Source of the DNA: a virus
Lineage: Duplodnaviria; Caudoviricetes
DNA: 64,000 bases
Direction: 5' to 3' (one strand)
Virus record (IMG/VR): IMGVR_UViG_3300049988_000286
Location: 288,001-352,000 of that record
The position numbers and the translations under genes are program-made. The notes below the pieces were generated by a model, which was not told the origin of the DNA, searched no databases, and saw only the letters and a list, made by a program, of their open reading frames with translations. Positions 47,641 to 56,678 of this stretch are shown here, one piece after another. Each line of letters opens with the position of its first letter. The first letter of the stretch is position 1.

Positions 47641-48308
47641 GACGCGAGGTAGCGTTCGAGGCGATCCAAGAACGCTACCTTCCCCGCCGCGATCTCCAAG
47701 GCGTCATAGACAAAGGTCTGGCACTGTAGATCACGATCTACCATGAAGATCACACCCTGTTCGATGTCGGTGCCATAGCGATCATTATGGGCGATCACAT
47801 ACGCGGACATCTGCAAGAGATAATCTTGAATCTTCTCACGCGTCCGCATCTTCTTGGCGTTCTTGTGATCGACGATTGAGGCCTTGCCCTGATACACGCC
47901 AACGAGATCACAAGTTCCGGCATAGCAACCGGGGACGTAGAGGTGCTTCTCGATGCCCCAAATCTCGTCCAAGTGCGGCAAGCATTCATCGATGATGCGC
48001 TGCGACATCTTGCGTGCCAGAACACGCAACGGCGCATTGCCGGAGGGACGCTCGATGCCCATGATGTGGTTCTCGATGTTCTCGTGGACGAGCGTTCCGA
48101 GGCTCTTGCCGTAGTTGGACTGGCGGTCCGCCTCTTTGTCCCCGATACGATTGCGCCACTCGGTCAGGAAACTCTTGTCGGCTCCGTGGTCGAGGATGGT
48201 GGTGACACTGGTCAAAGGTGCACCAGTTTCAGGACAGACATAGTAGCGGAAGCCGCTCTCTTCGGTGACGCGATTGAGGATGGGATAGTCGAAGCGTTCG
48301 GTGATCAT
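47637..48308 (-). CDS. PD-(D/E)xK exonuclease (Cas4/MGME1-like)
   Basis: TSVTTIL, GTLVHENIE, IWGIE, YAGTCDL, IVDHKN, LQMSAY. Confidence 0.85.
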   Translation of the reverse strand: MITERFDYPILNRVTEESGFRYYVCPETGAPLTSVTTILDHGADKSFLTEWRNRIGDKEADRQSNYGKSLGTLVHENIENHIMGIERPSGNAPLRVLARKMSQRIIDECLPHLDEIWGIEKHLYVPGCYAGTCDLVGVYQGKASIVDHKNAKKMRTREKIQDYLLQMSAYVIAHNDRYGTDIEQGVIFMVDRDLQCQTFVYDALEIAAGKVAFLDRLERYLAS

Positions 48309-48357
48309 CACCCGTGATATCACCACGGGTATTGACCCCGCATTATTGATCAGCTAG

Positions 48358-49692
48358 ATGCGAACTGTGGAGAGCGTCATGTCAGTCACTAATGTAGCGG
48401 TCAGTGATATCAAGCAGGACACCTTCCGGGTCAAGGGCATCAATGTGCCCGATCCGGAGAAGGCACGGATGTCGCTCACGGACAGGGCGCGGCTCGTCAC
48501 GATTGAGCGGCGCATCCTCGCTGGCGCGCGCAAAGTCGATGAGGTGCTCGCCTCCGGTGATCGCGAGTTTCTAGAATCCTTCGATGCGTCGGTGGAAGCC
48601 GAGTTCGAGACCAAGCGTCCCGTTCGTCCCACCCCTACGCTCGCCGATGATCTCCTCTTTGGCAAGACGCGAGGCCTCCTCAATCCGCGAGCCGAGGACC
48701 GCGCCAAGACGCTTCTGCGCTCCGCGAGGCGTTTCGTCCTCACCGACAGCGCGGCGCGTCGAATCGCGGAGGCAATCCGCCAATATCCCGACATGCTGGT
48801 TGAGCAAGGATGGTTCGCGCGAACCCCTTTCGAGACGTGTTGGATCGAGCTTCCCGCACGACCCTTCCACAGCACGATCGCGCCGGGCAGCGACACCCCC
48901 GACAGCGACGATCGCATCGGTTATCTCTTCCACGGCAGCCGCGTTTATGTCGGCGCTTCGAATGAGTCCGATCGTGATCCCGTGTTCTCCCCGCTCATCT
49001 ATCACCTCCATCACCCCAATAGTCTCGCGGACCAACTTTCGCTAGCGGAAGACCTGTCGGTGTCGCGGGGTCAGTTGGACAATTTCTATTGGGGCCAAAC
49101 AATGGCGCAAGGGTTGTCGATGCCGACCCTTCGCGGTCTGCGAGGGCAGCATGGTTTCGAAGTGGCTGTTGAAGAGGCAAATCGTTCCAAGCTGCGCGGC
49201 ATGAACCTCTTGGGTCTATCCGCTGGCGAAATCCGGAACATCGTCGGTCTCCTCCTCATGATCAACCAGCCCTCCGGGGTGGTGCGGATCGAGGACATCG
49301 AGCATCGCCGCACGCTGACCTCACGGGGTAACCGGCTCTTGATGGGGCACAGCGTCGTGACCCTCAACCTCGATCGCCGCTCCAAGGTGTCGCGCCTTTT
49401 GCGCAAGCCGGTTGGTTCGCACGCGTCGCCGCGCTGGCACGCCGTCATGGATCACTGGTGCCATGATCGAGTAGCGCGCACATCCGGCGACCATACCCAT
49501 GACTGGGATACCGACGATGCCGAAGGGCGCTTGGTGGCACGCTGCCGTGTTTGTGGTGGCCGTCGCTGGAGGCGGCGGATGAAGAATGGTCGTGGCGATC
49601 GTGCGCGTGGTATCGTATCACAGGATCGCATCGTGGCCACCGACAATGACCGCACGATGATCAATGAAGCGAGAAGGGATACTCATGATTGA
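48358..49692 (+). CDS. hypothetical protein
   Basis: 444-aa ORF; TTGACC-N17-TAGATG promoter upstream; SPRWH..DHW motif. Confidence 0.7.
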   Translation: MRTVESVMSVTNVAVSDIKQDTFRVKGINVPDPEKARMSLTDRARLVTIERRILAGARKVDEVLASGDREFLESFDASVEAEFETKRPVRPTPTLADDLLFGKTRGLLNPRAEDRAKTLLRSARRFVLTDSAARRIAEAIRQYPDMLVEQGWFARTPFETCWIELPARPFHSTIAPGSDTPDSDDRIGYLFHGSRVYVGASNESDRDPVFSPLIYHLHHPNSLADQLSLAEDLSVSRGQLDNFYWGQTMAQGLSMPTLRGLRGQHGFEVAVEEANRSKLRGMNLLGLSAGEIRNIVGLLLMINQPSGVVRIEDIEHRRTLTSRGNRLLMGHSVVTLNLDRRSKVSRLLRKPVGSHASPRWHAVMDHWCHDRVARTSGDHTHDWDTDDAEGRLVARCRVCGGRRWRRRMKNGRGDRARGIVSQDRIVATDNDRTMINEARRDTHD

Positions 49693-50005
49693 ACTTTGGT
49701 CGGATGCCCAAATTGCGCAACTCCTCACCCCGGAGCGCCTCGATGCCATCTGGGCACAATCGCACCGCCGCCACCCCTACCCCGTTGACCATGAAGGTGC
49801 GGAAATCAAGTTCATCGCCTATGGCGAGGTCACCGACGATCTCACACAGATGATCGTTGAGGCGCGCGGTCCCGATCTTCGCGCCACCCTCTTCGCCGCC
49901 ATCGACTTCGACAGTAGCGGTAACGTCGGCGCGATTAGGCAGGTTCGCCGTGTCACCGAGATGAAGCCGGTGACCTCGTGGATGCCCGTGCGGGTGACGC
50001 GATGA
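49685..50005 (+). CDS. hypothetical protein
   Basis: AAGGG RBS; overlap coupling. Confidence 0.6.
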   Translation: MIELWSDAQIAQLLTPERLDAIWAQSHRRHPYPVDHEGAEIKFIAYGEVTDDLTQMIVEARGPDLRATLFAAIDFDSSGNVGAIRQVRRVTEMKPVTSWMPVRVTR

Positions 50006-50211
50006 TCCGCCATATTCGCTGGACGCCGCTGCGCAAGAGCGAGGCGATCGAGGAGATCAAATCCGGGAAGATGAACCGCACCGCCTTCATGACCGCGAAT
50101 AACATCTCCGAGGATGAGATGCGTGAGTGGGAGCGAGATGCCGAGAAGGGGCCAAAGGCCCATAGCAGGAAGGCGCGGTATCAACGGGCTCGACGCGAGG
50201 GATTACTTTAA
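50002..50211 (+). CDS. SciP/DUF1153-like small HTH protein
   Basis: RWTPLRKSEAIEEIKSG...NISEDEMREWER matches the RW..RK.E...V.GG...L..EEF..W pattern of SciP. Confidence 0.55.
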   Translation: MIRHIRWTPLRKSEAIEEIKSGKMNRTAFMTANNISEDEMREWERDAEKGPKAHSRKARYQRARREGLL

Positions 50212-50216
50212 TAATA

Positions 50217-50246
50217 TTGACCCGACTCGAAATGCGATTCTAATCT
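50217..50246 (+). promoter_or_regulatory. sigma70-type promoter for a non-coding region
   Basis: TTGACC at 50217; TCTAAT/TAATCT 16-18 nt downstream. Confidence 0.6.
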
Positions 50247-50254
50247 AAGGAACA

Positions 50255-50760
50255 TTATCCGAGGGCTTCGGCCTGACTAGATACGCGTTCGATGGACTTT
50301 GCAGGTGGCTCTTGTCGCCGTGTTCCGGGCTGATGCTTGGCTGGGTAGCCGACCGGGAAGCTGTTGCCGGTTCCACCTCGGGTGGGCACAAGAGACAGCA
50401 ATAGAGGAGGGCGATGTCGTGCTGACAACCCTCCGTATGCGGTTGGTCAAGTATTGGCGGCTGATCGTATAAGCTTCTTCGGATAACCGTTGCAGACCTC
50501 GTGTCTGGGAGAGCGCACCAGTGCCGGGTCTCGGGCGACCACCGGCCAGCTATAAACGCGAATGGTGCGAGCCAGTCCTTTCGATCTCAAAGGAAAGATT
50601 TCTCCCCCTCCATCTCATCACTGGGGTGGAGGGGGATAGAGTTCTATCTCAACTCAAGGAAAGTGTAGAAGGGGAATCAAAAATCGATTACCGCCCGTTC
50701 AAGCAAGGCTTGATAAGGGCAGGGAATCTCGTGGATGAGCGCAGCGAGTCCACGACTATG
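50255..50760 (+). ncRNA. candidate large structured ncRNA of unknown class
   Basis: About 500 nt without a credible ORF; many complementary segments (50255-63/50478-86, 50274-80/50443-49, 50309-15/50388-94, 50406-11/50429-34, 50514-20/50563-69, 50603-12/50627-36); cUUCGg tetraloop. Confidence 0.6.
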
Positions 50761-50821
50761 CTTTCAATAGATGCTTGACGCATTGCACGAACTATGCGAC
50801 ATGGGCCGGGAGGAGAACACC

Positions 50822-51316
50822 ATGTCGCTCAAGTCGATCAACGATAAGCTGCGCAGTCGCGGCTACCGTGAGGTGGAACTCGTTCGTGGACAGGGCTACC
50901 TGTATTTCATCTTCGATGATCGCGGTGACAATTATGACACCGAGTCGGTTATGGTCCCCTATATCAAGCATCACAGCGTCACGGAATGGGTGTCGATGGG
51001 CTGCGATTATGCGGAGCGCAAGCGCGCGGAGATCGCCAATAAGGCGGAAGCGCTATCCTACAACGGCGGTCCGTTCGGTGCATTTGGCTGCCGCATCGAG
51101 AAGGTCTCCTATCACGTCGTCCTTGATGGGAAGCGCTCCTACGGCAATCCCCAGACCACGCGCGATGCTGCGATCAGGCTTGCCTCGCAGACCGGCAGCG
51201 ATCGCTACGATGTGGTGCGGAAGTCGGGCGACCGTCAGGAGACGGTCTACTCGTTCGATCGTAGCTGTAAATTCGCAGGACCGACCTCGCAGCCCTTCAC
51301 CGCCCTCAATCTTTAA
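50822..51316 (+). CDS. hypothetical protein
   Basis: GGAGGAG RBS; TTGACG promoter upstream. Confidence 0.7.
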   Translation: MSLKSINDKLRSRGYREVELVRGQGYLYFIFDDRGDNYDTESVMVPYIKHHSVTEWVSMGCDYAERKRAEIANKAEALSYNGGPFGAFGCRIEKVSYHVVLDGKRSYGNPQTTRDAAIRLASQTGSDRYDVVRKSGDRQETVYSFDRSCKFAGPTSQPFTALNL

Positions 51317-51328
51317 GGAACAACCGCG

Positions 51329-51514
51329 ATGGCCATTACCACACAGAACATCAGGCTCGAACTTTGGGGTGGTGGCCCCAACCCCGAGCAAGACCTCGCT
51401 CATCATGTGTTCTTCAATGGCGAGAACATCGGCTACTATCTGAAGCCCGCAGAGGTCGGAGCAGCCATCGCCGCGAAGCTGATCGCGGATTTCAACGCGG
51501 GGAAGATCAAGTGA
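51329..51514 (+). CDS. hypothetical protein
   Basis: AAGGA RBS. Confidence 0.65.
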   Translation: MAITTQNIRLELWGGGPNPEQDLAHHVFFNGENIGYYLKPAEVGAAIAAKLIADFNAGKIK

Positions 51515-52197
51515 TCGATCAGGCTACCATCGCCTTGTTCGAGCGTATGGCGCAGAACGAACCCCTGCATGACGATCTGCGCCAGCACGTCATCGAGTCC
51601 TTCATGGGGCCGATGGTCCATCATCCCTTGGTCATCTCCACCCTGACCTTCGGTATCGATCGAGCCCATACTATCAATGGCCTCTACGAGCAGAAGCGTG
51701 ACACGCTCGCGCGTGCTCGTGAAGTCGGATCGTTCCACCGCATCATCTTCCTGCACGAACGCCCATACCGCCTCAACGCGCTCATGGACCTCATTACCAA
51801 CGATCCCCGATTCACCGCTCACGAGGACTTCTGGGAGATCATCTCGCAGGTATGGACCGACAGCGAGAATATCTGGGAGAATGACGAGGACTGGCGCGAT
51901 ATCCTGACCCGCGACATTCCGAATCGTCACCGGATGATGACGCGTGAGGAACAGGGGCGGCTCGACTTGCTCGGCGACACCATCCGGGTGTTCCGGGGCT
52001 ATTCCGGCGAAGGCACGCCCGATGGTCTGTCGTGGACGGCCAACCGCGAGAAGGCGGAATGGTTTGCCGACCGCTTCGGTGACGGGGAGCCGATCGTCGT
52101 GGAGGGTGAAGTCGATCGCCGCGATGTCATCGCCTACCTGATGGGTCGCAATGAATACGAGGTGATCGCTTTGCCCGAGCATGTCCGACGTGCATAA
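51511..52197 (+). CDS. hypothetical protein with C-terminal ART-like motifs
   Basis: RVFRG / GLSWT / RNEYEVI. Confidence 0.65.
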   Translation: MIDQATIALFERMAQNEPLHDDLRQHVIESFMGPMVHHPLVISTLTFGIDRAHTINGLYEQKRDTLARAREVGSFHRIIFLHERPYRLNALMDLITNDPRFTAHEDFWEIISQVWTDSENIWENDEDWRDILTRDIPNRHRMMTREEQGRLDLLGDTIRVFRGYSGEGTPDGLSWTANREKAEWFADRFGDGEPIVVEGEVDRRDVIAYLMGRNEYEVIALPEHVRRA

Positions 52198-52471
52198 CGC
52201 AGGGGAGCTAGCGGGCTTGGCTCTGCGCCTGTTGCAGACGGCGGATAGGACCATCCCATCGAGGGGGATGGTGTCCCGTTGGTCCCATGACCTTCTTGGT
52301 GCCACGGTGGAGTACCGGGCGCGTAATGGCGGGCGTGAGTATTGCGTTCGCGACCATGGCCGTAAATTCTCCTTCTCCGTCGTGATGGAGAACGGCCACT
52401 GGCGAACGATGAAGATGAAGGACGAGCATGACCAGATCAGTCAATTGATCTTGATGTCCCAATGTCTGTAA
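52181..52471 (+). CDS. hypothetical protein
   Basis: Overlap coupling. Confidence 0.5.
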   Translation: MSDVHNAGELAGLALRLLQTADRTIPSRGMVSRWSHDLLGATVEYRARNGGREYCVRDHGRKFSFSVVMENGHWRTMKMKDEHDQISQLILMSQCL

Positions 52472-52743
52472 CGGCGGATGACCTGATCAGTTGTGCCGTT
52501 CACCTCCAGAGCGGCGCAGTTGAGGTCGGAACGGTGTACCGAGGGGATGTCGTTCTTCTCTGGAATGAGCAGTTCGGAGTCTTCGTCCGGACGCGCATAC
52601 GCAGACGCCATCACGAGTATCATGTCTATGACCGCGAAAAGACATTCAGCTTTCGAGTTCAATGGGGGGCGGGACGCAAACACATCATCTCGCAATGGGG
52701 TGATATCGAATGGCTACTAACCCTTTCGGAGTGCAGGAAATGA
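52462..52743 (+). CDS. hypothetical protein
   Basis: Overlap coupling. Confidence 0.5.
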   Translation: MSVTADDLISCAVHLQSGAVEVGTVYRGDVVLLWNEQFGVFVRTRIRRRHHEYHVYDREKTFSFRVQWGAGRKHIISQWGDIEWLLTLSECRK

Positions 52744-52997
52744 CCCCTACCCCAGAGTGTGACAAGATCACGGCGGCACGGTCGGAGAGCCAGCAAATCG
52801 GCAACTTCCTCGAATGGCTGGCCGAACAGAATATGGAGATTTGCACGCGTCGCGAGACCGGCTGGGGCCATGTCATGATGATCCCCCAGATGGAATCGAG
52901 AGAGCAACTCCTCGCCCGCTATTTCGAAGTCGATCTGCAAGAGGTTGAGCGCGAGCGCCGCGCCCTCCTCGCGGAATTTTCGATGAAGGTAGAGTGA
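52740..52997 (+). CDS. hypothetical protein
   Basis: AGGA RBS; SQQIGNFLEWL...LLARYFEVDL conserved-looking motif. Confidence 0.7.
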   Translation: MTPTPECDKITAARSESQQIGNFLEWLAEQNMEICTRRETGWGHVMMIPQMESREQLLARYFEVDLQEVERERRALLAEFSMKVE

Positions 52998-53437
52998 TGT
53001 CGCGCCGCATCCGTAACGACACCCCGCTGCTCCAAGACGCTGAACCGATCACACCCGCGTTGCTCGCAGCCGGGTTGACCGACGAACAGGCGCGGCTGGC
53101 TCTGAAAACAATTATCGGAGCCGGTTACTTCGTCGCACCACGGGAGCCGACCAACTCCATGCTGCTCGCCTACCTGCACTCCTATGGGCAAGTGGCGACC
53201 AACCCCGCGACAACGGTGACTTCGCTAGCCAAGGCGCGGCAGCGCTGGAAGGCAATGGGGGAGGCTGGTACCCATGTTGCGATGTCGGTGAAGAGGATGA
53301 AAGCCCCCATGAGCGTCGTCGCGGCGGGAAGTCGTGGCGGTAAAGTAGGGGGACTGGCGCGCGCTGCTGCATTGTCGCCGGAACGCCGCAGTGAGATCGC
53401 TCGCGCGGCGGCGCGCAAACGATGGAACAAAGACTGA
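52997..53437 (+). CDS. hypothetical protein with basic C-terminal GGxARAxxLSPERRSEIARxAA motif
   Basis: Recognisable small nucleic-acid-binding-like tail. Confidence 0.65.
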   Translation: MSRRIRNDTPLLQDAEPITPALLAAGLTDEQARLALKTIIGAGYFVAPREPTNSMLLAYLHSYGQVATNPATTVTSLAKARQRWKAMGEAGTHVAMSVKRMKAPMSVVAAGSRGGKVGGLARAAALSPERRSEIARAAARKRWNKD

Positions 53438-53694
53438 TGCAAGACGAATACCAGATCGAGAGCGATGGCCGAACAGTGTGGATCAACCATTCCTCGGGAT
53501 ACAATATGGCACGCTTCGGTGTCATGGGTATCGATATCCACAATTCCCCTGACGAACAGGAGCGAACGGGGCAGCAGTGCCTGTCCTGCACCCATGGACC
53601 TACCACGGCGGCGGATTGGGATCGTTTCGTTGAAGCGATCGAAGGATTCTTCGGCATCGAGGTAGGGGATCAGTATCGGCCGTCGAGGTTTTGA
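53437..53694 (+). CDS. hypothetical protein
   Basis: TGATG coupling; CLSCTH motif. Confidence 0.65.
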   Translation: MQDEYQIESDGRTVWINHSSGYNMARFGVMGIDIHNSPDEQERTGQQCLSCTHGPTTAADWDRFVEAIEGFFGIEVGDQYRPSRF

Positions 53695-53954
53695 TGCCGC
53701 CGATCATCCGCATAGAGGGGACGGATCGACAAGTCTACGAGACGATGCTCGAACTTCGACGCCAGCGCATCCCGTCCTGTCTGCCTCGTCGCATGTTTAG
53801 CGGCGTGTGCAACTCGCGCGCATTGATCGCTGCATGGGAGAAATACGATAGAGACGATGGCGACACGAACGTAAACCTGATGGTGCGGGAACGCGACATA
53901 GTTTTGGTGCGACTGATAAGCGAGTGCGTGGTGAGGGAGACGACGGCGCGATGA
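53694..53954 (+). CDS. array paralog 1
   Basis: LRRQRIPS...NSRAL...MVRERDIVLVRL. Confidence 0.75.
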   Translation: MPPIIRIEGTDRQVYETMLELRRQRIPSCLPRRMFSGVCNSRALIAAWEKYDRDDGDTNVNLMVRERDIVLVRLISECVVRETTAR

Positions 53955-54235
53955 TCTATCTCAAGGTAGTGGGGAAGCGGCACGCCCTTGTGACGGGAGT
54001 AAGGATTGCGCACGAACAGAGAATAGCAATCTTGATGCCGACCGATCGAGGTTCATACTTTCGTTCAACCAAACAGTGCTTTAACGATCTTTGGTATAGC
54101 GCGCCATTTGCCTCGGTATCGGATTATATTCTCTTCTGTGCCGTGCGTGAGCGTGACCTTGAGTTGTTCTGCCTGTGTCAAAGCGGGCGAGTACTGATCC
54201 TAGATCGAAACGAATGGGTTCGACAACAGCGATGA
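53951..54235 (+). CDS. array paralog 2
   Basis: EQRIAI...AVRERDLELFCL. Confidence 0.7.
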   Translation: MIYLKVVGKRHALVTGVRIAHEQRIAILMPTDRGSYFRSTKQCFNDLWYSAPFASVSDYILFCAVRERDLELFCLCQSGRVLILDRNEWVRQQR

Positions 54236-54666
54236 AGCGCAGATGTATCAGACTCGGCTATGTCCCCGAATGGAAGCCCTTCTTCGAAAGCCTTCGGCGT
54301 AATGGCATCCCGGTGCTGCGCCATCCGCGCAACCATGCCCCGTGGGGTTCTCGACTGATGATCAACTCTCTCGTGGTTGACGCCATTCCTTTATATTGTC
54401 TCGTTCGTGAACAAGACCTCGAAATGATCAAGCTGATCTCTCCCGTGTTGGTCGAGATCATTCCCCCTGTCCTCATCCCGCGAGGCTGCCCCTTCGATGG
54501 TGGACCCGGAATCTCCGGCGAGACCGATCACAGCACAGCCGAATCGCGAAGCTACTACGCGGGGTGCACATACTCCGATTGTATCGCATTCAAGGTTGCG
54601 TACGATTTCTCCTCGGAGCAGAGCGCCGTCTTGGCGTGGAATATGCGTTCTAGCTTTTCTTCTTGA
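54232..54666 (+). CDS. array paralog 3 fused to a Lar-like (restriction alleviation) C-terminal domain
   Basis: LRRNGIPV...LVREQDLEMIKL, then PRGCPFDGG...GC...C...AVLAWNMR. Confidence 0.7.
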   Translation: MKRRCIRLGYVPEWKPFFESLRRNGIPVLRHPRNHAPWGSRLMINSLVVDAIPLYCLVREQDLEMIKLISPVLVEIIPPVLIPRGCPFDGGPGISGETDHSTAESRSYYAGCTYSDCIAFKVAYDFSSEQSAVLAWNMRSSFSS

Positions 54667-54689
54667 TCGAACTGTGTAATAGAAAGTTG

Positions 54690-54950
54690 ATGAACCATCG
54701 GCTGAAATTCACGGGCCTGTTCCCCGCCGTCCGCGCCACCGTGGTGGCTTTGCGCGCGCAGGGCATTCCGTTCGTGATGCCTCGCAGCAATATCACGAAT
54801 GAAGTCTGGTCATCTCGGTTCATTGAGCGTAGCTGGATGGAGGCTCGCTGGATCGACACGCGAACCGCGTGCTTCGAAGCATTCTTCCGCGAGCGCGATA
54901 TCGACATCATTCGTCTTATCGCCTCGTGCAAGATCGAGGTTGTGGCATGA
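54690..54950 (+). CDS. array paralog 4
   Basis: LRAQGIPF...SSRF...FRERDIDIIRL. Confidence 0.75.
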   Translation: MNHRLKFTGLFPAVRATVVALRAQGIPFVMPRSNITNEVWSSRFIERSWMEARWIDTRTACFEAFFRERDIDIIRLIASCKIEVVA

Positions 54951-55234
54951 ACCGAACACTCTACCTTGAAGGCGACGAGCGCGACATCATTGCCACGCTC
55001 GTGAGTGCCCGCCAGCAAGGCATTCCTTTCATCGTCATGTCGGTGGAGTTCGTGCAAGCAACCGGTGACCTCGAAACCTTCTGCATCTCATCCCGAGATA
55101 CTATCGATGGTTGGGAGAGGGCTGCGAAGAGTTGGCCCACGATCGCCGCATTCTCCGATGCGGAGATCATCGTCCGAGATCGCGACGTAGAGATGTTCAA
55201 GCTGTTGAGCCAAGTCCCGGTGATGATCAAGTGA
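54947..55234 (+). CDS. array paralog 5
   Basis: ARQQGIPF...SSRD...IVRDRDVEMFKL. Confidence 0.75.
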   Translation: MNRTLYLEGDERDIIATLVSARQQGIPFIVMSVEFVQATGDLETFCISSRDTIDGWERAAKSWPTIAAFSDAEIIVRDRDVEMFKLLSQVPVMIK

Positions 55235-55485
55235 GGAGTTATTCTCGCTTGACCCTGTTCGGCACGATGACCGATCTCAAACACACCGTCGAGGCAGCAC
55301 GGGCAGCGGGGATACCGCTCATACATGGCTGGTCACACTTTTCATCACGCCGTTTCCTCGGCGAAATCAAATTACGCGACATGCATACCTATGAGGCTAT
55401 GATCAGGGTCAAACTCCGGACCACGGACCGCGCTCTCTTCGTCCTGCTGTGCACAGCAAGGATTATATCGCCGAACAACGCTTGA
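55231..55485 (+). CDS. array paralog 6
   Basis: GTG start; ARAAGIPL...SSRR...LRTTDRALFVL. Confidence 0.65.
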   Translation: MRSYSRLTLFGTMTDLKHTVEAARAAGIPLIHGWSHFSSRRFLGEIKLRDMHTYEAMIRVKLRTTDRALFVLLCTARIISPNNA

Positions 55486-55528
55486 CCCACAATCACGAAC
55501 TGTGTAATGGGGAGATCAGGAGATCACC

Positions 55529-56464
55529 ATGACCGCACCCCACGTCGAAGCCACCCTCGTCCAGATGCTCAAGGCGTGGCCGACGCTACGGGGCACCCGT
55601 CTCGACTGTCTGGAAGACCTCGCCACCGCATCCGAGTATGACGCCAAGTGGCTCCCGGATGGCAGTCTGTGGGTGAACAGCGACAAGATCACGGCGGGAA
55701 GTTACCCCGACAAGCCCGAGGAAGAGGACGAGGATGTTGTCCGGTACCGCGACCGGAAAGCCACGCGCTACAACGCGGAAGCGCTCGCGTCGCGCCTTCT
55801 CCAGATTCGTCGCGACCGGATCACCGAAGCGTTCAATCGCGACAATGCCGAAGAGATCATCGCAGCGGGGAACCGCTACAGCAATCCGTTCCGTGACTAC
55901 GATAACGCGCCGGGCTGGGACAACACGCTCCCGCGTGGCGGTTATTCGCTGCTCGCGAATGTCCCACAGAACGCCGATCAGGAATGGGTCAAGGCGTTTA
56001 TCGAACTCATGGAGGAGACGCTCGCGTTCGAGTATCCCTTGGGTAAGTTCGCAAGCATGAGCCCCGCCTATAAGCAGCAGTACCTCGATGATCTCGCCCG
56101 TGCGAAGAAGGAAGCACGGGAAGTCTTGGTGCGCCTCAAGGGGACGGATGAGGAGAAGGTCCAGCAGACGCGCGACCGCGTTCAGGCGCAGATCGATGCA
56201 CTGGTCAAGTCTGCGTCGGCGCTGGGTGTCAAGGTGGAAGCAACGGTAGTTGTGGAAGCCCCTGTGGACAACGCAATCGTCGCTGTCAATTCACCGGTGC
56301 GGATAGTCCTCGGCATCCATAAGGGCAAGTCGGGTCGGGTTATCGAGATCGACGAGCGGCAGCAATTCCCTTACCTCATTGAGTTCGATAACCGCGCGGC
56401 GGATGCAAAGCCGAACGAGGGTCGTTATCGGTGCATTCGAGATGAGATAAAGGTGGTGGCATGA
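55529..56464 (+). CDS. hypothetical protein with C-terminal KOW/SH3-like domain, interrupting the array
   Basis: Own TTGACC promoter and AGGAG RBS; VRIVLGIHKGKSGRVIEI KOW-like segment. Confidence 0.75.
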   Translation: MTAPHVEATLVQMLKAWPTLRGTRLDCLEDLATASEYDAKWLPDGSLWVNSDKITAGSYPDKPEEEDEDVVRYRDRKATRYNAEALASRLLQIRRDRITEAFNRDNAEEIIAAGNRYSNPFRDYDNAPGWDNTLPRGGYSLLANVPQNADQEWVKAFIELMEETLAFEYPLGKFASMSPAYKQQYLDDLARAKKEAREVLVRLKGTDEEKVQQTRDRVQAQIDALVKSASALGVKVEATVVVEAPVDNAIVAVNSPVRIVLGIHKGKSGRVIEIDERQQFPYLIEFDNRAADAKPNEGRYRCIRDEIKVVA

Positions 56465-56507
56465 GTGACGCGCGATGCCGGGCCAAGGCTGGTGTAAGAG
56501 TCAGCGG

Positions 56508-56678
56508 GTGAACGCCGTTGTCTTGCTCGAAGACGATGTGGCGTCGCGTATCCGGGACACGATCGCGGAGTTGCGGCGACAGGGCGTGCCCTTCATCGAC
56601 TACAACCCGTTGGTCACAGAGGGCGTCTACATCACGACTGGGCGGGAACTCCTGAATCGCAGTGTCCTCTATGGCTAA
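56508..56678 (+). pseudogene. array paralog 7, C-terminally truncated
   Basis: LRRQGVPF present, but the ORF stops before the IVRERD motif. Confidence 0.5.

Noticed and set aside
7915-50220. CtrA boxes (TTAA-N7-TTAA) near promoters, sought because of the SciP/MucR genes
   Set aside because: The TTAA sites inspected by eye (7920, 34727, 50208) lack the N7 spacing; a PWM scan would be needed.
50737-50750. GAGCGCAGCGAGTC, identical to a motif near ColE1-type plasmid origins
   Set aside because: Only 14 nt with no other ColE1 features; kept only as weak support for the origin alternative.
50521-50778. 85-aa GTG-start ORF inside the non-coding region
   Set aside because: No RBS, atypical composition, and it overlaps a chain of hairpins better explained as RNA structure.
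50745-50800. ACGACTA resembling the group I intron P7/R element
   Set aside because: No matching S element (TAGTC partner) downstream and no interrupted gene.
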